Shown piece after piece: positions 49,888 to 63,528 of a stretch of DNA of 64,000 nt. The notes under the pieces were generated by a model, which was not told the DNA's origin, ran no database searches, and saw nothing but the letters and a program-made list of their open reading frames with translations. Within the stretch, counting starts at the first letter, position 1. Each line of letters begins with the position of its first letter. The stretch spans positions 310,001 through 374,000 of the forward strand of contig JAWMAR010001015.1 in the NCBI GenBank assembly GCA_036785375.1. Reading direction: 5' to 3'. The translations under genes and the position numbers were made by a program. Source of the stretch: Leucoraja ocellata. Lineage: Eukaryota.

Positions 49888-50935
49888 AGAAACATAGAAA
49901 ATAGGTGCAGGAGGATGCCATTTGGCCCTTCGAGCCAGCAACGCCATTCATTGCGATCATGGCTGATCGTCCCCAATCAATAACCCGTGCCTGCATTCTC
50001 CCCATATCCCTTGACTCCACTAGCCCCTAGAGCTCTATCTAACTCTCTCTTAAATGCATTCAGTGATTTTACCTCCATTGCCCTCTGTGGCAAGGAATTC
50101 CACAAATTCACAACTCTCTGGGTGAAAAAGTTTTTTCTCACCTCAGTCTTAAATGGCCTCGCCTTTATTCTAAGACTGTGGCCCCTGGTTCTGGACTCGC
50201 CCAACATTGGGAATATTTTTCCTGCATCTAGCTTGTCCAGTCTTTTTTATAATTTTATATGTTTCTATAAGATCCCATTTCATCCTTCTAAACTCCAGCG
50301 AATACAAGCCTAATCTTTGCAATCTTTCCTCATATGACAGTCCCGCAATCCCAGGGATCAATCTCGTGAACCTACGCTGCATTGCCTCAATCACAACGAT
50401 GTCCTTCCTCAAATTAGGAGACCAAAACTGTAAGCAATAGTCCAGATGTGGTCTTACCAGAGCCCTATACAACTGCAGAAGAACCTCTTAATTCCTATAC
50501 TGAAATCCTCTTGTTATGAAGGCCAACATTCCATTAGCTTTCTTCACTGCCTGTTGTACCTGTAAGCCGACTTTCAGTGACCGGTGTACAAGGATACCCT
50601 GGTTTTGCTGCACCTCCCCCTTACCTAACCTAACCCCATTGAGATAATAATCTGCCCCCTTGTTTTTGCCACCAAAGTGGATAACTTCACATTTATCTTT
50701 ATTATACTGCATCTGCCATGCATCTGCCCACTCACTCAACCTGCCCAGGTCACCCTGCAACCTCCCAACATCCTCTTCACAGTTCACACTGCCACCCAGC
50801 TTTGTGTCATCCGCAAATTTGCCAGTGTTGCTCCTAATTTCCTCTTCCAAATCATTAATATATATGGTAAACAGTTGCGGCCCCAACACCGAGCCTTGCG
50901 GCACTCCACTCGCCACTGCCTGCCATTCTGAAAAA
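49888..50935 (-). mobile_element. CR1 3' fragment
   Basis: SGVPQGSVLGP, FADDTKL, LVRPHLDY, RTRGHSLR. Confidence 0.9.
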
Positions 50936-53900
50936 GGACCTATAATTGCATCAGTGTGCTGGGACCAGGAAAGATCTTGTTATAATATGGCAGAAACTCT
51001 CCTCTGTACTGATCTGTGCTGCATCTGCTATGGAGTGCTGATGGGAAAGTGTTCAGGACCCATTACAAATAATCTGCTCCAATGTGATAATTGTGTTCTG
51101 AAGAAGCTTCATGTTGTACAAAATCACTTTGTAAAGACAATGATACCAATGGGGGAAAGGAGGCTTCGGGGCTAAAGTGTTTCAGATTCGCAATAAGAAA
51201 GTTACTTTTCCCACAGGATTTTAAAAATAAAGGTATTTTCAATATCTATAATATCTTTCTTTTGTTACCTCAAACTAAAAATACTAAAGGCAGCGCTACA
51301 AAATAACGTGCTGGAGTAACAATGGGTCAGGCAGCATCTCTGGAGAACATGGTTGTGATGTTTCAGGTTGGGATTCTTCTTCATTGATTGTGGTGGTGGT
51401 GGGGTGTGTGTGGGGGTGGGGTGGTGGGGGGTAGGACAAAACCTGGCAAGTGATAGGTGGATAGAGGTGAGGGAGATTATCGATAGGAATTGCAGATGCT
51501 AGTTTACACCGAAATAGGCCCAAAATGCTGGAGTAACACAGCGGGTCAGAGAGCATCTCTGGAGAAATTTCGGGTCAAGACCGTTCTTCAGACTGAGTCA
51601 GGGGAAAGGGAAACTAGAGATATGAAAAGGTACAAAATAAATGAGAGCCATCATCGATAACTCAGGAAAGGTAGAGCCCACAATGGTCTATTGTTGGCTG
51701 TGGATGAAGTGATAATAAAGGGATACGAACCATGAAACTAGCAAGTTGTCTCGGGTGGTGGAGGGAGGGAGAGATAGGGATTGCAAGGGAACCCGACAGT
51801 CCTCTTAGGTGAGGCAGAGGTTCACGCACCTCCTCCAACCTCCAATGTATCAGCGAGATTAAGCACAGACTGGGCGATCATTTTGCTGACACACCTAGGC
51901 TCAGTCCACCTTGGCCTACGAGACCTACCAGTTGCCAAAGATGTTAACTCCTCTTCCCATTCCCACATTGACCTTTCCGTCCTGTGCCTCCTCCACTGTC
52001 AGACTGAGGCCACATGCAAATTGCAGAACTAGCACCTCATATTATGCTTGGGCAGCTTACAACCCAGCGGTATGAATATTGATTTCTCCAACTTCAAGTA
52101 ACCCTTGCAATCCCTCTCTCTCTTCTCTCCTCAGACTGAAGAAGGGTCCCAAGCTGACACTTCCCCTACTCATTTTCTCCAGAGATGCTGCCTGACCTGT
52201 TGAGCTACTCCAGCATTTTGTGTCGATCTTTGGTACAAAGCAGCATCTGCAGATCATTTTTATTATATTCTGTAATACAATATCATGACTGCTAATGGCA
52301 GACAAATTGAACCTGCAGAAATTAAATAAACACATTGAACAAATCAACACCTCACAATACCATCCATGGGCCACAGACTGCCACATGTTTATCTGGGCTT
52401 TAAGAGGAGGGAGATCCACTTCATTAAATTTAATTACATTATCATTTGCATTAACGTGGATGAAAACTTCATGAGGTATCAAAGACAGCCATTGATTTAC
52501 TTGAATCGCAGCAACCATTTGTTATTAATAACTGCCAGATGTCTGAAACTCTGATAACATTTCGACCCAGTCCTTCTCCTTACACTTCCTCATAGGTTGC
52601 ACAGGCAGGTTTAATTTGAGCAGGGGGCCCTCCCAGCAGAGCTGTTACTACAAAGAATAAGCATACTGCTTTACATATGAAAAAAATAATTCTGATGCTG
52701 TGTTTTTCACTAACAGGTTCATGTTTACCCCACGAAATGGGGCTGAATGAATTAAAACCAATGGGCAATGAAGACCCTCTCCGCATTTCAGTAAATTTGC
52801 CACGTTTAGAAATGGGCTCAAAGTGCTGGTGATTTTCATTGATCATGATTACACTGATTAATGGGAACGAGCTGTCCAGATGTACGTACACCTGCATTTT
52901 AGGTTCTGATGGAGCTGAGAGACTCCCACCAGCAACTTATTCTGTGTTTACTCGAGCTGATCATAGAGATCCACCCTGATGACTGTAGTTAAAGTGATCG
53001 GGTAGATGGGAATTGGCAGCATCAAAGCAATAAACTAAGGACAAACTAAAAAGTTGTGACAAGCTGCCTTTACAGCATTACAAAATGCCGTGGGCAGAAT
53101 CCCTGCAGAATGTGTTTCAGCTGATGTTTACTGATGAGAACCAAGGCTGCTCAGTGAATCAGGTTTAAGACTGAAGCAGCAGCCAGGGCCACAATCAATA
53201 GACATAGACAATAGACAATAGACAATAGGTGCAGGAGTAGGCCATTCGGCCCTTCGAGTCAGCACCACCATTCAATGTGATCATGGCTGATCATCCCAAA
53301 TCAGTACCCTAGTCCTGCCTTCTCCCCATATCCCCTGACTCCACTATCTTTAAGAGCCCTATCTTGCTCTCTCTTGAAAGTATACAGAGAACCGGCCCCC
53401 ACCGCCCACTAGCAGAGAATTCCGCACTCACAACTATCTGTGTGATAAAGTGTTTCATCATCTCCGTTCTAAATATCTTACCCCTTATTCTTAAACTGTT
53501 GCCCCTAGTTCTGGCCCCAACATTGGGAACATGTTTCCTGCCTCTATCGCGTCCAAACCCTTAATAATCTTATGTTTCAATAAGACACCCTCTCATCCAT
53601 CGGAACTCCAGAGTATACAAGCCCAGCCTCTCCATTCTCTCAGCGGAGGTGCTGGGGGAGAACATGAAGTAGTGAGTGGGGGCGGGAGAGGGAGAGGGGG
53701 AGGGTCGGAGCCGCGTCTGGGTTGTCAATGTGATCGGGACAGAAAGGTCAGTGTGGGAATGGGAGGGCTAGTTAAAGCGTTTCGCAACCAGGAGGGTCTG
53801 ATACAGTGCTGCATCTATAAACTAAACTAAAAAAGGTTTTGACTGTCTGGTTAAGAGATGAGCCCATGGGCTCACTGGTCTGAGGGCTATAGAAAGAATC

Positions 53901-54925
53901 TTGCATTTTGCTGACTTTCATAAGCAATGTTAAACTGAGACCAACGAGGTAACGACAATAGTTTGTTTTAGAGAGATGGCATGAAAACAGGCCCTTCAGC
54001 CCACCGAGTCCACACCAACCAATGATCACCCATACACTAGTCCTATATCCTTATAGGGCAGTGGAGGCCAAATTACTGGATGGATTTAAGACAGAGTTAG
54101 ATAGAGCTCTAGGGACTAGTGGAATCAAGGGTTATGGGGAGAAGGCAAGCACAGATATTTGGCTTAAAACCAGAGATGGGATGAGGCTGGAAATGTTCAA
54201 GTGAGCAGATGGGGCAATTTATGGCAAAAATCTTTCCTGTTACCTGATGTTGCTCAATGTATTGCGGGTTTCTTATTTTAGTTCCTGATCTATCGAGGAG
54301 CAATAAAGTGCAGTCTGGTCCTAGTCTCTTCCACTAGTGGAAACATCCTCTCCACATCCACTCTATCCAGGCCTTTCACTATCCGGCAAGTTTCTATGAG
54401 GAGCCCCCCTCATTCCTCGAGGCAAGCAAGGTCCTTTACGGGCTGAGGTCCTTTACAGTTTGTAGAAAGGGAACATAAGTCCTATTTTCCCATATAGTGT
54501 CTTAAACTGATCATTGCCTGCTGCCTCTGCAAATGGTATGTGCTTATTAGTATCATGAGGGAATGTGGTTCACATACATTGACAGTTGTGCAGGAAAGAA
54601 CTGCAGATGCTGGTTTACACCAAAGATAGACACAAAATGCTAGAGTAACTCCGCAGGTAAGGCAGCAACTCTCGAGAGAAGGAATGGGTGATGTTTTGGG
54701 GTGAGACCTTTCTTCAGACTGGGAGAGGGTGTAGAGATATGGAGGGGAAAGTTGTGAAAAGGATAGATCAAAGCAGATTGTGATAAGGAAATGTAGAAAG
54801 GTTCATCGTTAGCTATGGGGAAGGTGACAACGAGGCACACAATCAGTAATATTTAATCAGGAGGACAGTGAAACTGGTCAGAGAACTAGGGTGGGGGAGG
54901 GATGGAGAGAGAGGGAAAGCAAGGG

Positions 54926-55330
54926 TTACTTGAAGTTAGAGAAGTCAATAGTGATACCGCTGGGGTGTAAGCTGCCCAAGCAAAATATGAGATGCTGTTC
55001 CTCCAATTTGCGCTGGGCCTCACTCTGACAGTGGAGGAGGCCCAGGGCAGACGGGTCAGTGTGGGAATGGGAGGGGTAGTTAAAGCGTTTAGCAACCAGG
55101 AGATCGTGTAGGCTTAGGCGGACTGGGCGGTGGTGTTCAGCAAAGCGACCATCAAGCCTGTGCTTGGTCTCGCTGATATAAAGGAGTTCAAACCTGGAAC
55201 AGCGGATACAGTAGATGAGGTTGGAGTAGATGCAAGTGAACCTCTGCCTCACCTGAAAGGACTGGCCTGGTCCTTGGACGGAGTCGAGGGAGGAGGTGTA
55301 GGGACAGATGTTGCATCTCTTGTGGTTGTA
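54926..55330 (-). mobile_element. Penelope-like element fragment (GIY-YIG endonuclease)
   Basis: QRFTCIYSNLIYCIRCSRFELLYISETKHRLDGRFAEH. Confidence 0.85.
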
Positions 55331-55919
55331 GGGGAAATTGTGTGATGTGCTTGCTTAGATCCAAGAGTTATGCTCAAGCCAAGGGTCTTGTGCTGTGAGC
55401 CAAGGTTCAGTGAAAATCCCCAAGTAGTTACACTCAAAGTTTCTGTGTAAGTGACAGATGTTTTTAAGAAGACAAAACTCCCAAGTGTTGTATGCAGCCA
55501 TTAGTGAATAATACAGGATTAATCCTAGTTCAGATTTATAGTTTTCCACTTAAACCACCCACATTGAAGAATGCAGGCTTGTTTTAAAATCTAGCTGGGT
55601 GAGACATTTAGACAAGTAAAATACCTTCTGGTTTTTGCTTTGTAGATTAATTGGCTTGGTATAAATGTAAATTGTCCCTAGTGTGTGCAGGGTAGTTAAT
55701 GTGTGGGTATCGCTGGTTGACGTGGACTCAGTGGGCTGAAGGGCCTGATACAGTGCTGTATCTATAAACTAAACTACAAAAGGTTTTGACTGTCTGGTTA
55801 AGAGATGAGCCCATGGGCTCACTGGTCTGAGGGCTATTGAAAGAATCTTGCACTTTGCTGACTTTCACAAGCAATGTTAAACTGAGACCAACGAGGTGAA
55901 GGCAATAGTTTGTTTTAGA

Positions 55920-56200
55920 GAGATGGCATGAAAACAGGCCCTTCAGCCCACCGTGTCCACGCTAACCAACGATCACCCGTACACTAGTCATATATCCTAC
56001 ACAATAGGGGAAATTTACAGAAGTCAATTTACCTACAAACCGGCATATCTCTGGAATGTGGGCGGAAACCAGAGCATCCAAATTAAACCCATGAAGGACA
56101 CAGGGAGAACATACAAACTCCGTCCAGATAGCAGGCATAGTCAGGATCGAACCCGGGTCTCTGGCACTGTAAGGCAGCAACTCTACCACAGTGCCACCGT
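55920..56200 (-). mobile_element. HE1/V-SINE-type SINE
   Basis: CACGGTGGCACTGTGGTAGAG A-box and GGTTCGATCC B-box on the minus strand. Confidence 0.75.
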
Positions 56201-56632
56201 GCTGATCAATTCACTTGATGCTAAGGGAGTTGTATGTTAGCCCTCTGCAAACTTTGAAACCCAATGATTGTTCCTTCTCCTTTTGGCACATCAAGTCCTC
56301 TCCGTCATTCAATCATATCTGGATTGGCATGGCTTAGAACATCAGAACAACCATCTGCCACTGCCACTGATTTCTCAGGGACTACAAATGGAAAATGCAC
56401 TCCAATAATCCCTCTGTGTGCTTTATATCTGTCTGTTACCGTGTTCAGATTTGTCAAATATTGAATTGCATTTCAACAGTGGAGTCTTTAGGTTTAGAGT
56501 TAAGCGTGAAACTGTTAAAGCGGAAGTATTTTCGTGCCAGGAACTAGCTACACATGCTTTGACTGTAGACAACTCTCATTTGGTAAATGTCAATAATATC
56601 CTGCTGCTTTTTAAGTATCTTTCCCCAACAAG

Positions 56633-56915
56633 GTAGGGTGGTGCAGCGGTAGAGTTGCTGCCTCACAGCGTCGGAGACCCGGGTTCAATCCTGACTATGG
56701 GTGCTGTCTGTACAGAGTTTGTACGTTCTCCCCGTAACCCGCATGGGTTTTCTCCAGGTGCTCTGGTTTCCTCCTACACTCCAAAGACGTACAGGATTTT
56801 AGGTTAATTGGCTTTGGTAAAAAGTCCCCAGTGTATAGGATAGTGCTGGCATACAAGTGAATGCTGGTCGGCATGGACACAGTGGGCCAAAGGGCCCGTT
56901 GCCACACTGTATGTC
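56633..56915 (+). mobile_element. HE1/V-SINE-type SINE
   Basis: GGTGGTGCAGCGGTAG A-box, GGTTCAATCC B-box, GGTTTCCTCCTACACTCCAAAGAC core. Confidence 0.8.
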
Positions 56916-57427
56916 AAAATGAAAATACTTGAGATTGAATAGTGTTTCACGTTTATTCCTTGACAGATCAAAGTATGATTAAGCCAACCCCTTATCCCTT
57001 GTGTTGATCAAATGAAGGGGTGCCTAAGACCCTCCCCCACCTTCCCTTCACTTCTGGAGTAATAGAATCAAGCTCATAACTTTTGGAAACATCTTCCTTC
57101 AGTTCAGTTTCTACATGTGGGGTTTAATTCAATGCAGTTTTAACTTTCTCCTGTGAAGCATTATCTTGTCCATCACTCGGGTTTCATCAACGTATTTCAT
57201 TTATTGAACTGTCAACAGTTTCATGTTGACAACAAAGTTGGAGCTTGTGTGCGTTGGCAATGTAGTTCTTTCATATAAGCAAAACACCAGCCAGACTATG
57301 AAAGAACAGAGTGCTGGAGTAACTCAGCGGGTCAAGCAGCATCTCTGGAGAACATGGGTGGGTGACATTTTGGTACGGTACCCTTCTTCAGGACCAGACA
57401 TCAACGAGTGCTGGACTCACCACGACG

Positions 57428-57950
57428 TAGAAACATAGAAAATAGATGCAGGAGTTGGCCATACACCCTTCGAGCCAGCACCGCCTTTCAATATGATCAT
57501 GGCTGATCATCCAAAATCAATACCCCATTCCTGCTATCTCACCATATCCCTTGATTACGTTTATCCATAAAAGCCACATTCAACTCTCTCTTGAAAACAT
57601 CCAGTGAATTGGCCTCCACTGCCTTCTGTGGCAGAGGATTCCACAGATGTTCTGCGTGAAAAATGTTCCCTCACCTCAGTCCTAAATGGCCTAACCCTTA
57701 TTCTTAAACTGTGACCCCTGGTTCTGGATTCCCCCAACATCGGGAACATTGTTCCTGCATCTAGACTGTTCAATCCTTTAAGAATTGTATGTGTTTCTAT
57801 AAGATTGCCTCTCATCCTTCTCAATTCCAGCGAATACAAGCCCAGTCGACCCATTCTTTCATCATATGTTATTCCCGCCATCCCGGGAATTAACCTGGTG
57901 AATTTATGCTACAATCCCTCAATAACAAAAATGTCCTTCCTCAAATTAGG
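57428..57950 (-). mobile_element. CR1 3' fragment
   Basis: ORF 57561-57881 GLYSLELRRMRGNLIE...RTRGHSLR. Confidence 0.85.
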
Positions 57951-58004
57951 AAAGGTGCAGAAGTTTGAAAACGCACACCTCCAGATTCAGGAACAGTTTC
58001 CTCC

Positions 58005-58910
58005 TTGTGTCTCTTCCATACCCCGCAACACTGCTCCCTCTCCCCATCCCCGCACTCGCAACAAGGGCAGAGTCCCCCTAGTGTTCACCTTTCACCCCAC
58101 CAGCCGGCAATACAACAAATCATCCTCCGCCATTTTCGCCACCTCCAACGTGACCCCACCACTCGCCACATCTTCCCATCTCCCCCCATATCTGCCTTCC
58201 GCAAAGACCGCTCCCTCCGCAACTCCCTTGTCAATTCTTCCCTTCCGTGCCGTACCACCCCCTCCCCGGGCACTTTCCGTCGCAACTGCAAGAAATGCAA
58301 CACCCGTCCCTTTACCTCCCCCCTCAACTCCATTCAAGGAGCCAAGCAGTCGTTCCAGGTGCGACAAAGGTTCACCTGTATCTCCTCCAACCTCATCTAC
58401 TGCATCCGCTGCTCTAGATGTCAGCTGATTTACATCGGTGAGACTAAGCGGAGGTTGGGCGATCGTTTCGCCGAACACCTCCGCTCAGTCCGCAAGAACC
58501 TACCTGAACTACCGATGGCTGAGCACTTCAACTCCCCCTCCGATTCCCAATCCGACCTCTCTGTCCTGGGTTTCCTCCATAGCAACACCAGAAATTAGAG
58601 GAACAGCACCTCATATTCCGCCTGGGTAGCCTGCGTCCGTCGGGCATGAACATTGAATTCTCCCAATTTTGCTAGCCCTTGCTGTCTCCTCCCCTTCCTT
58701 AACCCTTGAGCTGTCTCCTCCCACCCCCCCGCCCTCGGGCTCCTCCTCCTCCCTTTTTCCTTCCTTCTCCCCCTATCGGTCTGAAGAAGGGTTTCGGCCC
58801 GAAACGTCACCTATTTCCTTCGCTCCATAGATGCTGCTGCACCCGCTGAATTTCTCCAGCATTTTTGTGTACCTTCGATTTTCCAGCATCTGCAGTTTCT
58901 TCTTGAACAC
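58005..58910 (+). mobile_element. Penelope-like element 3' part (GIY-YIG endonuclease plus terminal repeat)
   Basis: CKKCNT...FTCISSNLIYCIRCSRCQLIYIGETKRRLGDRFAEHLRSV. Confidence 0.9.
58778..58811 (+). ncRNA. Minimal hammerhead ribozyme motif in Penelope terminal repeat
   Basis: GGT-CTGAAGA-AGGGTTTCGGCCC-GAAAC-GTC-ACC: CUGANGA and GAAA core, helix II, palindromic ACGT in place of helix III, GUC cleavage triplet, short helix I GGT/ACC. Confidence 0.7.
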
Positions 58911-60398
58911 AGTTTCTTCCCTGCTGTTATCAGGCAAATGAATCATCCTACCACAACCAGAGAGCAGTGCTGAACTACTATTGACTTCATTGGTGACTCT
59001 CAGACTATCCTTGATCGGACTTTGCTGGCTTTATCTTGCATTAAACGTTATTCTCTTACCATGTATCTATACACTGTAAATGACTCGATTGTAATCATGC
59101 ATTGTCTTTCTGCTGACATGCGAGAAAAAGCTTTTCTCTGTACACGTGACCATAATCTCAACTGAACTGAGTTCCTTCTATCTAACACTTGAGTCCAGTT
59201 GCTTTTTAGCACTGTGATGGTCATATGGTGAAGTGGTTTATTCCCTTCTGGGCCTGCCTTCCATTCGTAAGATCGCAAGTTTGTAAACCATCATATTCAG
59301 AGGTGACCTCATAATGTGCCTGGCCGGTGACCTCACAGTGAACTGCATCCGTAACCATGAGAGACGGGCTCCATTTCATCTGTCAACTTGGCAAACTGGC
59401 TCCATTTCATCTGTCAACTTGAAGTGGGTACGCAATAACCCTATTGCCAGGCATAGAAACAACCAGCAGCTACTAGAGGTGGAAACTCTAACCTTCGCGG
59501 AGTTGATCAATAACCCAAGCAAGGAGTTTCGAGAATGCCGGAGACAAAGGACAGAGCCACGCAGACTTACAAGAGGAGATCTAAGGTAGATCTGAATCTG
59601 TTAATAGACCTAGATAAAAGGTGGAGTGACTCAGCGGGTCTTATTCTTAAACTGTGACCCCTGGTTCTGGACTCCCCCTACATGGGGAACATAGGGACAT
59701 AGGGGTCTTCTGCCACCTCTAAGCTTTTTTTTATGGGAGAGAATCCTATCCATCCAGTGACAACCCTGTCTCCTGTCTCCAACATTCCCCTACCTCTTCC
59801 CGCCCCACATCTTCCCCCCCACCCCCCTCCCCCCAGTCCCTACCCAGCCTTCTACCCTCTCTGGACCTTTTTATATCCACTGTGGGTGCAACAACTGTCT
59901 TGGCTTCTTTCCTCCACTGTCCCACTCAAACCGGAAGGGTCCCGACCTGAAACAACAAATGTCAAGGAGCATCTCTGGAGAACATGGATAGGTGACATTT
60001 CACAAAGTACTGGAGTAACTCAGCGGGCCAGGCAGCATCTCTGTCAAACTTGGATAGGTGACGTTTCACAGGACAATGAAGCTAGTTGGAGGACTGGGTG
60101 GGGGGGGGGGGGGGGGGGGGGGGGGGGAGGGTTGGAGAGAGAGGGAAAGCAAGAGTTACTTGAAGTTGGAGAAATCAATATTCATATCGCTGAGTTGTAA
60201 CCTGCCTGTCCCGCTGAGTTTTTCCAGCAGTTTGTGTCTATCTTTAGTGTAAACCAGCATCTGCTGTTCCTTCACATTTTGTCTTGCCCACATTTACAAG
60301 ATGCTCCATCAACACCAGTCCCACCTCCCTTCACTTGCTCCATATCTATCCATACCCATCCTATCCATGTCAAGAGTCAAGAGTGTTTTATTGTCATA

Positions 60399-60480
60399 CT
60401 AGACTAAGTGGAACCCGTTGGGTCCCAGTCACACGGGAGGCCTGGTCCCCCAATGCAATACTCCACCACTCACCTGTTCC
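60399..60480 (-). mobile_element. Probable Helitron 3' terminus
   Basis: Minus strand GGGACCC-AAC-GGGTTCC hairpin, 7 nt, CTAG, then T. Confidence 0.5.
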
Positions 60481-60569
60481 CCCATCGCAACGGCGGGAGC
60501 GTTCTGTAGCGGGGGGCAGGGACGACCTCAGGCGGGGAGCGCCCTGCAGCCAGGGAGGGTGACGGCTTC

Positions 60570-60898
60570 AGGCGGGGCCGGTCGGGGGTGTATGGGTGGG
60601 GGGGAGAGGAGGTGGGAGGGGGGAGAGGGGTTTGGGAGGAAGAGCGTGGTTGTAGGATGTGGGTGGGGGTAGGGGGGTTGTGGGGGTGGGAGGATGGTGG
60701 GGGGAAAGTGGGGGCAGGAGGGATGTGGGGCAGGGGGATTGTGGGTGTAGGAGGAGGGGTGTGTGGTCGGGGGGAGTGTGGGGTAGTGTGGGGGAGGGGG
60801 TGTGGGTGAGGGCAGGGAGGGGGTGTAGGGGAGGGGGGATGCAGGGGAGGGGAGTTGTAGGGGAGTGGGGGGTGGAGGGGAGGGAGGGTTGTGGGGTG
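60570..60898 (+). repeat. Low-complexity G-rich tract
   Basis: About 330 nt of irregular G3-G6 runs. Confidence 0.85.
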
Positions 60899-62872
60899 AA
60901 TTTATTATGAGGAATAAGGAAATGGTAGATGAGTTGAATAGGTACTTTGGATCTGTCTTCACTAAGGAGGACACAAACAATCTTCCTGATATAGTAGCAG
61001 CCAGAGGATCTGGGGTGACGGAGGTACTGAAGGAAATCCACATTGGACAGGAAATGGTGTTGGGTGGACTGATGGGACTGAAGGCTGATAAATCCCCAAA
61101 TGGGCAAGGGAGAGCCAGTGGGGAGGATCTGCATCTAAAAGTAGAGCAGACAAAATGTAACCAAGGCAGGAACGGGACCCAGACGTAGTGTACCTGGACT
61201 TTCAGAAAGCATTTGATAAGGTCCCACATAGGACAGAATTAGGGCACATGGTATCGGGGGTAGAGTGCTGACATGGATAGAAAATTGGTTGGCAGATAGG
61301 AAACAAAGAATAGGGATTAACGGGTCCCTTTCAGAATGGCAGGCAGTGACTAGTGGGGCACCACAAGGCTCGGTGCTGGGACTGCAGCAATTTACAAAAT
61401 ACATTAATGATTTAGATGAAGGGATTCAAAGTAACATGAGCAAATTTGCAGAGGTCACAAAGCTGGGTGACAGTATGAACTGTGAGGAGGATGCTATGAG
61501 AATGCAGGGTGACTTGGACAGGTTGGGTGAGTGGGCAGATGCATGGCACATGCAGTTGAATGTGGATAAATGTGTGGTTATCCACTTTGGTTGCAAAAAC
61601 AGGGAGGCAGATTATTATTGACTAAATGGTGTCAAGTTGGGAAAAGAGGAAGTACAACGGGATCGGGGGGTCCTTGTTCATCAATCAATGAAAGTAAGCA
61701 TGCAAGTACAGCAGGCAGTGAAGAAAGCGAATGGCATGTTGGCCTTCACAACAAGAGGATTTGAGTTTAGGAACAAATAGATCCTTCTGCAGTTGTACAG
61801 ATCCCGAGTGAGACCACATCTGGAGTATTGTGTGCAGTTTTGATCCCCTAATTTGAGGAAGGACATGCTGGCTATTGAGGGAGTGCAGCGTAGGTTTACA
61901 AGTTTAATTCCCGGGATGGCGGGACTGTCATATGCTGAGAGAATGGAGCGGCTGGGCTTGTATACGCTGGAGTTAAGAAGGATGAGAGGATATTCTTGAA
62001 ACATATAAGATTATTAAGGGTTTGGACATGCTAGAGGCAGGAAACATGTTCCCGATGTTGGGGGGAGTCCAAAATCAGAGGCCACAGTTTAAGAATAAGG
62101 GGTAATCATTTAGAACGGAGACGAGGAAACACTTCTTCACACAGAGTTGTGAGTCTGTGGAATTCTCTGCCTTAGAGGGCAGTGGAGGTCGGTTCTCTGG
62201 ATACTTTCAAGAGAGAGCTAGATAGGGCTCTTAAAGATAGCGGAGCCAGGGGATATGGGGAGAAGGCAGGAACGGGACCCGGACATGGCGTCGAAGGACA
62301 AGAAGCCAAAGCAATGAAGTGTAACCTAAATTACCGAACAGAAACAAAGCTGAAACGCCAACTAACCGTAAGGGTTGGACGCCTAAAAGCAAACTAACCG
62401 AACGGACATGATGCTGCCGGGGGGGCGGAACGGGACTGTACAACTTGGAGCTCGGGATCAGAGTGCTTAGTCACCTATGGCTTGTGTGGGAACATGATCC
62501 CCACCCTCCCGTCTCCATCGGCCAGTGATATGATGGACACGTGGGTCTGGACCAATCGCTGACATGTCCCGCGCCCCCCCGGCCGTTATTTGACTTTTCG
62601 GCAAAGCAGCCATTCAGTGAGTTGGCGTTTCGACAGAGCGACCTTTCGGTGAGTTTGCTTTTAGGCATCCTACCCTTTCGGTTAGTTGGTGTTTCGGCTT
62701 TGTACCCTTTTGGTTCTTTTGCTTCAGCTTCTCGTCCTTCGATGCCACGTCCACACACAGGCAGGAACAGGGTACTGGTAGGGGATGATCAGCCATGATC
62801 ACATTGAATGGCGGTGCTGGGTCGAAGGGTCAAAAGTCCTACTCCTGCACCTATTGTCTATTGTCTATTGGC
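60899..62872 (+). mobile_element. Rearranged CR1 fragments with internal insertions
   Basis: LNRYFGSVFTKED, SGAPQGSVLG, KKANGMLAF and CTATTGT tail; internal deletion near 61100-61190. Confidence 0.8.
62281..62751. mobile_element. Foldback element with long imperfect inverted arms inside CR1 3' UTR
   Basis: GGACATGGCGTCGAAGGACAAGAAGC...AAAAGCAAACTAACCGAA (62281-62405) pairs with about 62640-62751. Confidence 0.6.
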
Positions 62873-63177
62873 TCATCCCTGGATTGTGAATGGGGTCTCT
62901 TCCCGGGAGCTCTTTGTAACCCGAACGGTTTGCAAATGAGAAATGCAGGTACGGGTCGTTTTCCCACTTGGTAAAAGATGCCTTCAGTCCCATAGCAATC
63001 GCCAAGTCCACCCTCTGGTGTCCCAAACACTCTACTGGATGGATGGGCTGTAAGTAAAGAGGGTGACTGTGCAGTGGGGAGTATCTGCATCTAAATATAG
63101 TGCAGACAAAATGTAAAGTAAGAAACTGCAGATGCTGATTTACACCAAAGATAAACACAAAACGCTAGACTAACTTA

Positions 63178-63528
63178 AGGGCCTGTCCCACTTTCCCAAT
63201 TTATTCACAAATTTTCCTGAATTATTCACGATTTCTCCCGAGTTTTCAAACTCGCAGAATGTCCGTAGCGAGTCCGTTGGAGGCCGTAGGAGTCTGTGGA
63301 TATATCGTAGCGGCTCGTTATGCCAGCCATAGGTACTCGGGACATCATGTAAGTTTTTTCAGCATGATGAAAAATGTTCACGAGTGAGAAGTTAGCCCCG
63401 AGTACCTAAGGCTGGCATAACGAGCCACTACAATATATCATGGCCTCCTACGGACTTGTTACGAATATTCTGCGAGTTTGAAAACTTGGGAGAATTCTTG
63501 AATAGCTTGGGAAAGTGGAACAGGCCCT
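63178..63528. mobile_element. PIF/Harbinger-type MITE
   Basis: TIRs AGGGCCTGTCCCACTTTCCCAA / TTGGGAAAGTGGAACAGGCCCT, palindromic interior. Confidence 0.78.

Noticed and set aside
56633-56700. tRNA gene
   Set aside because: A and B boxes present but continuous with the SINE body; no cloverleaf supported.
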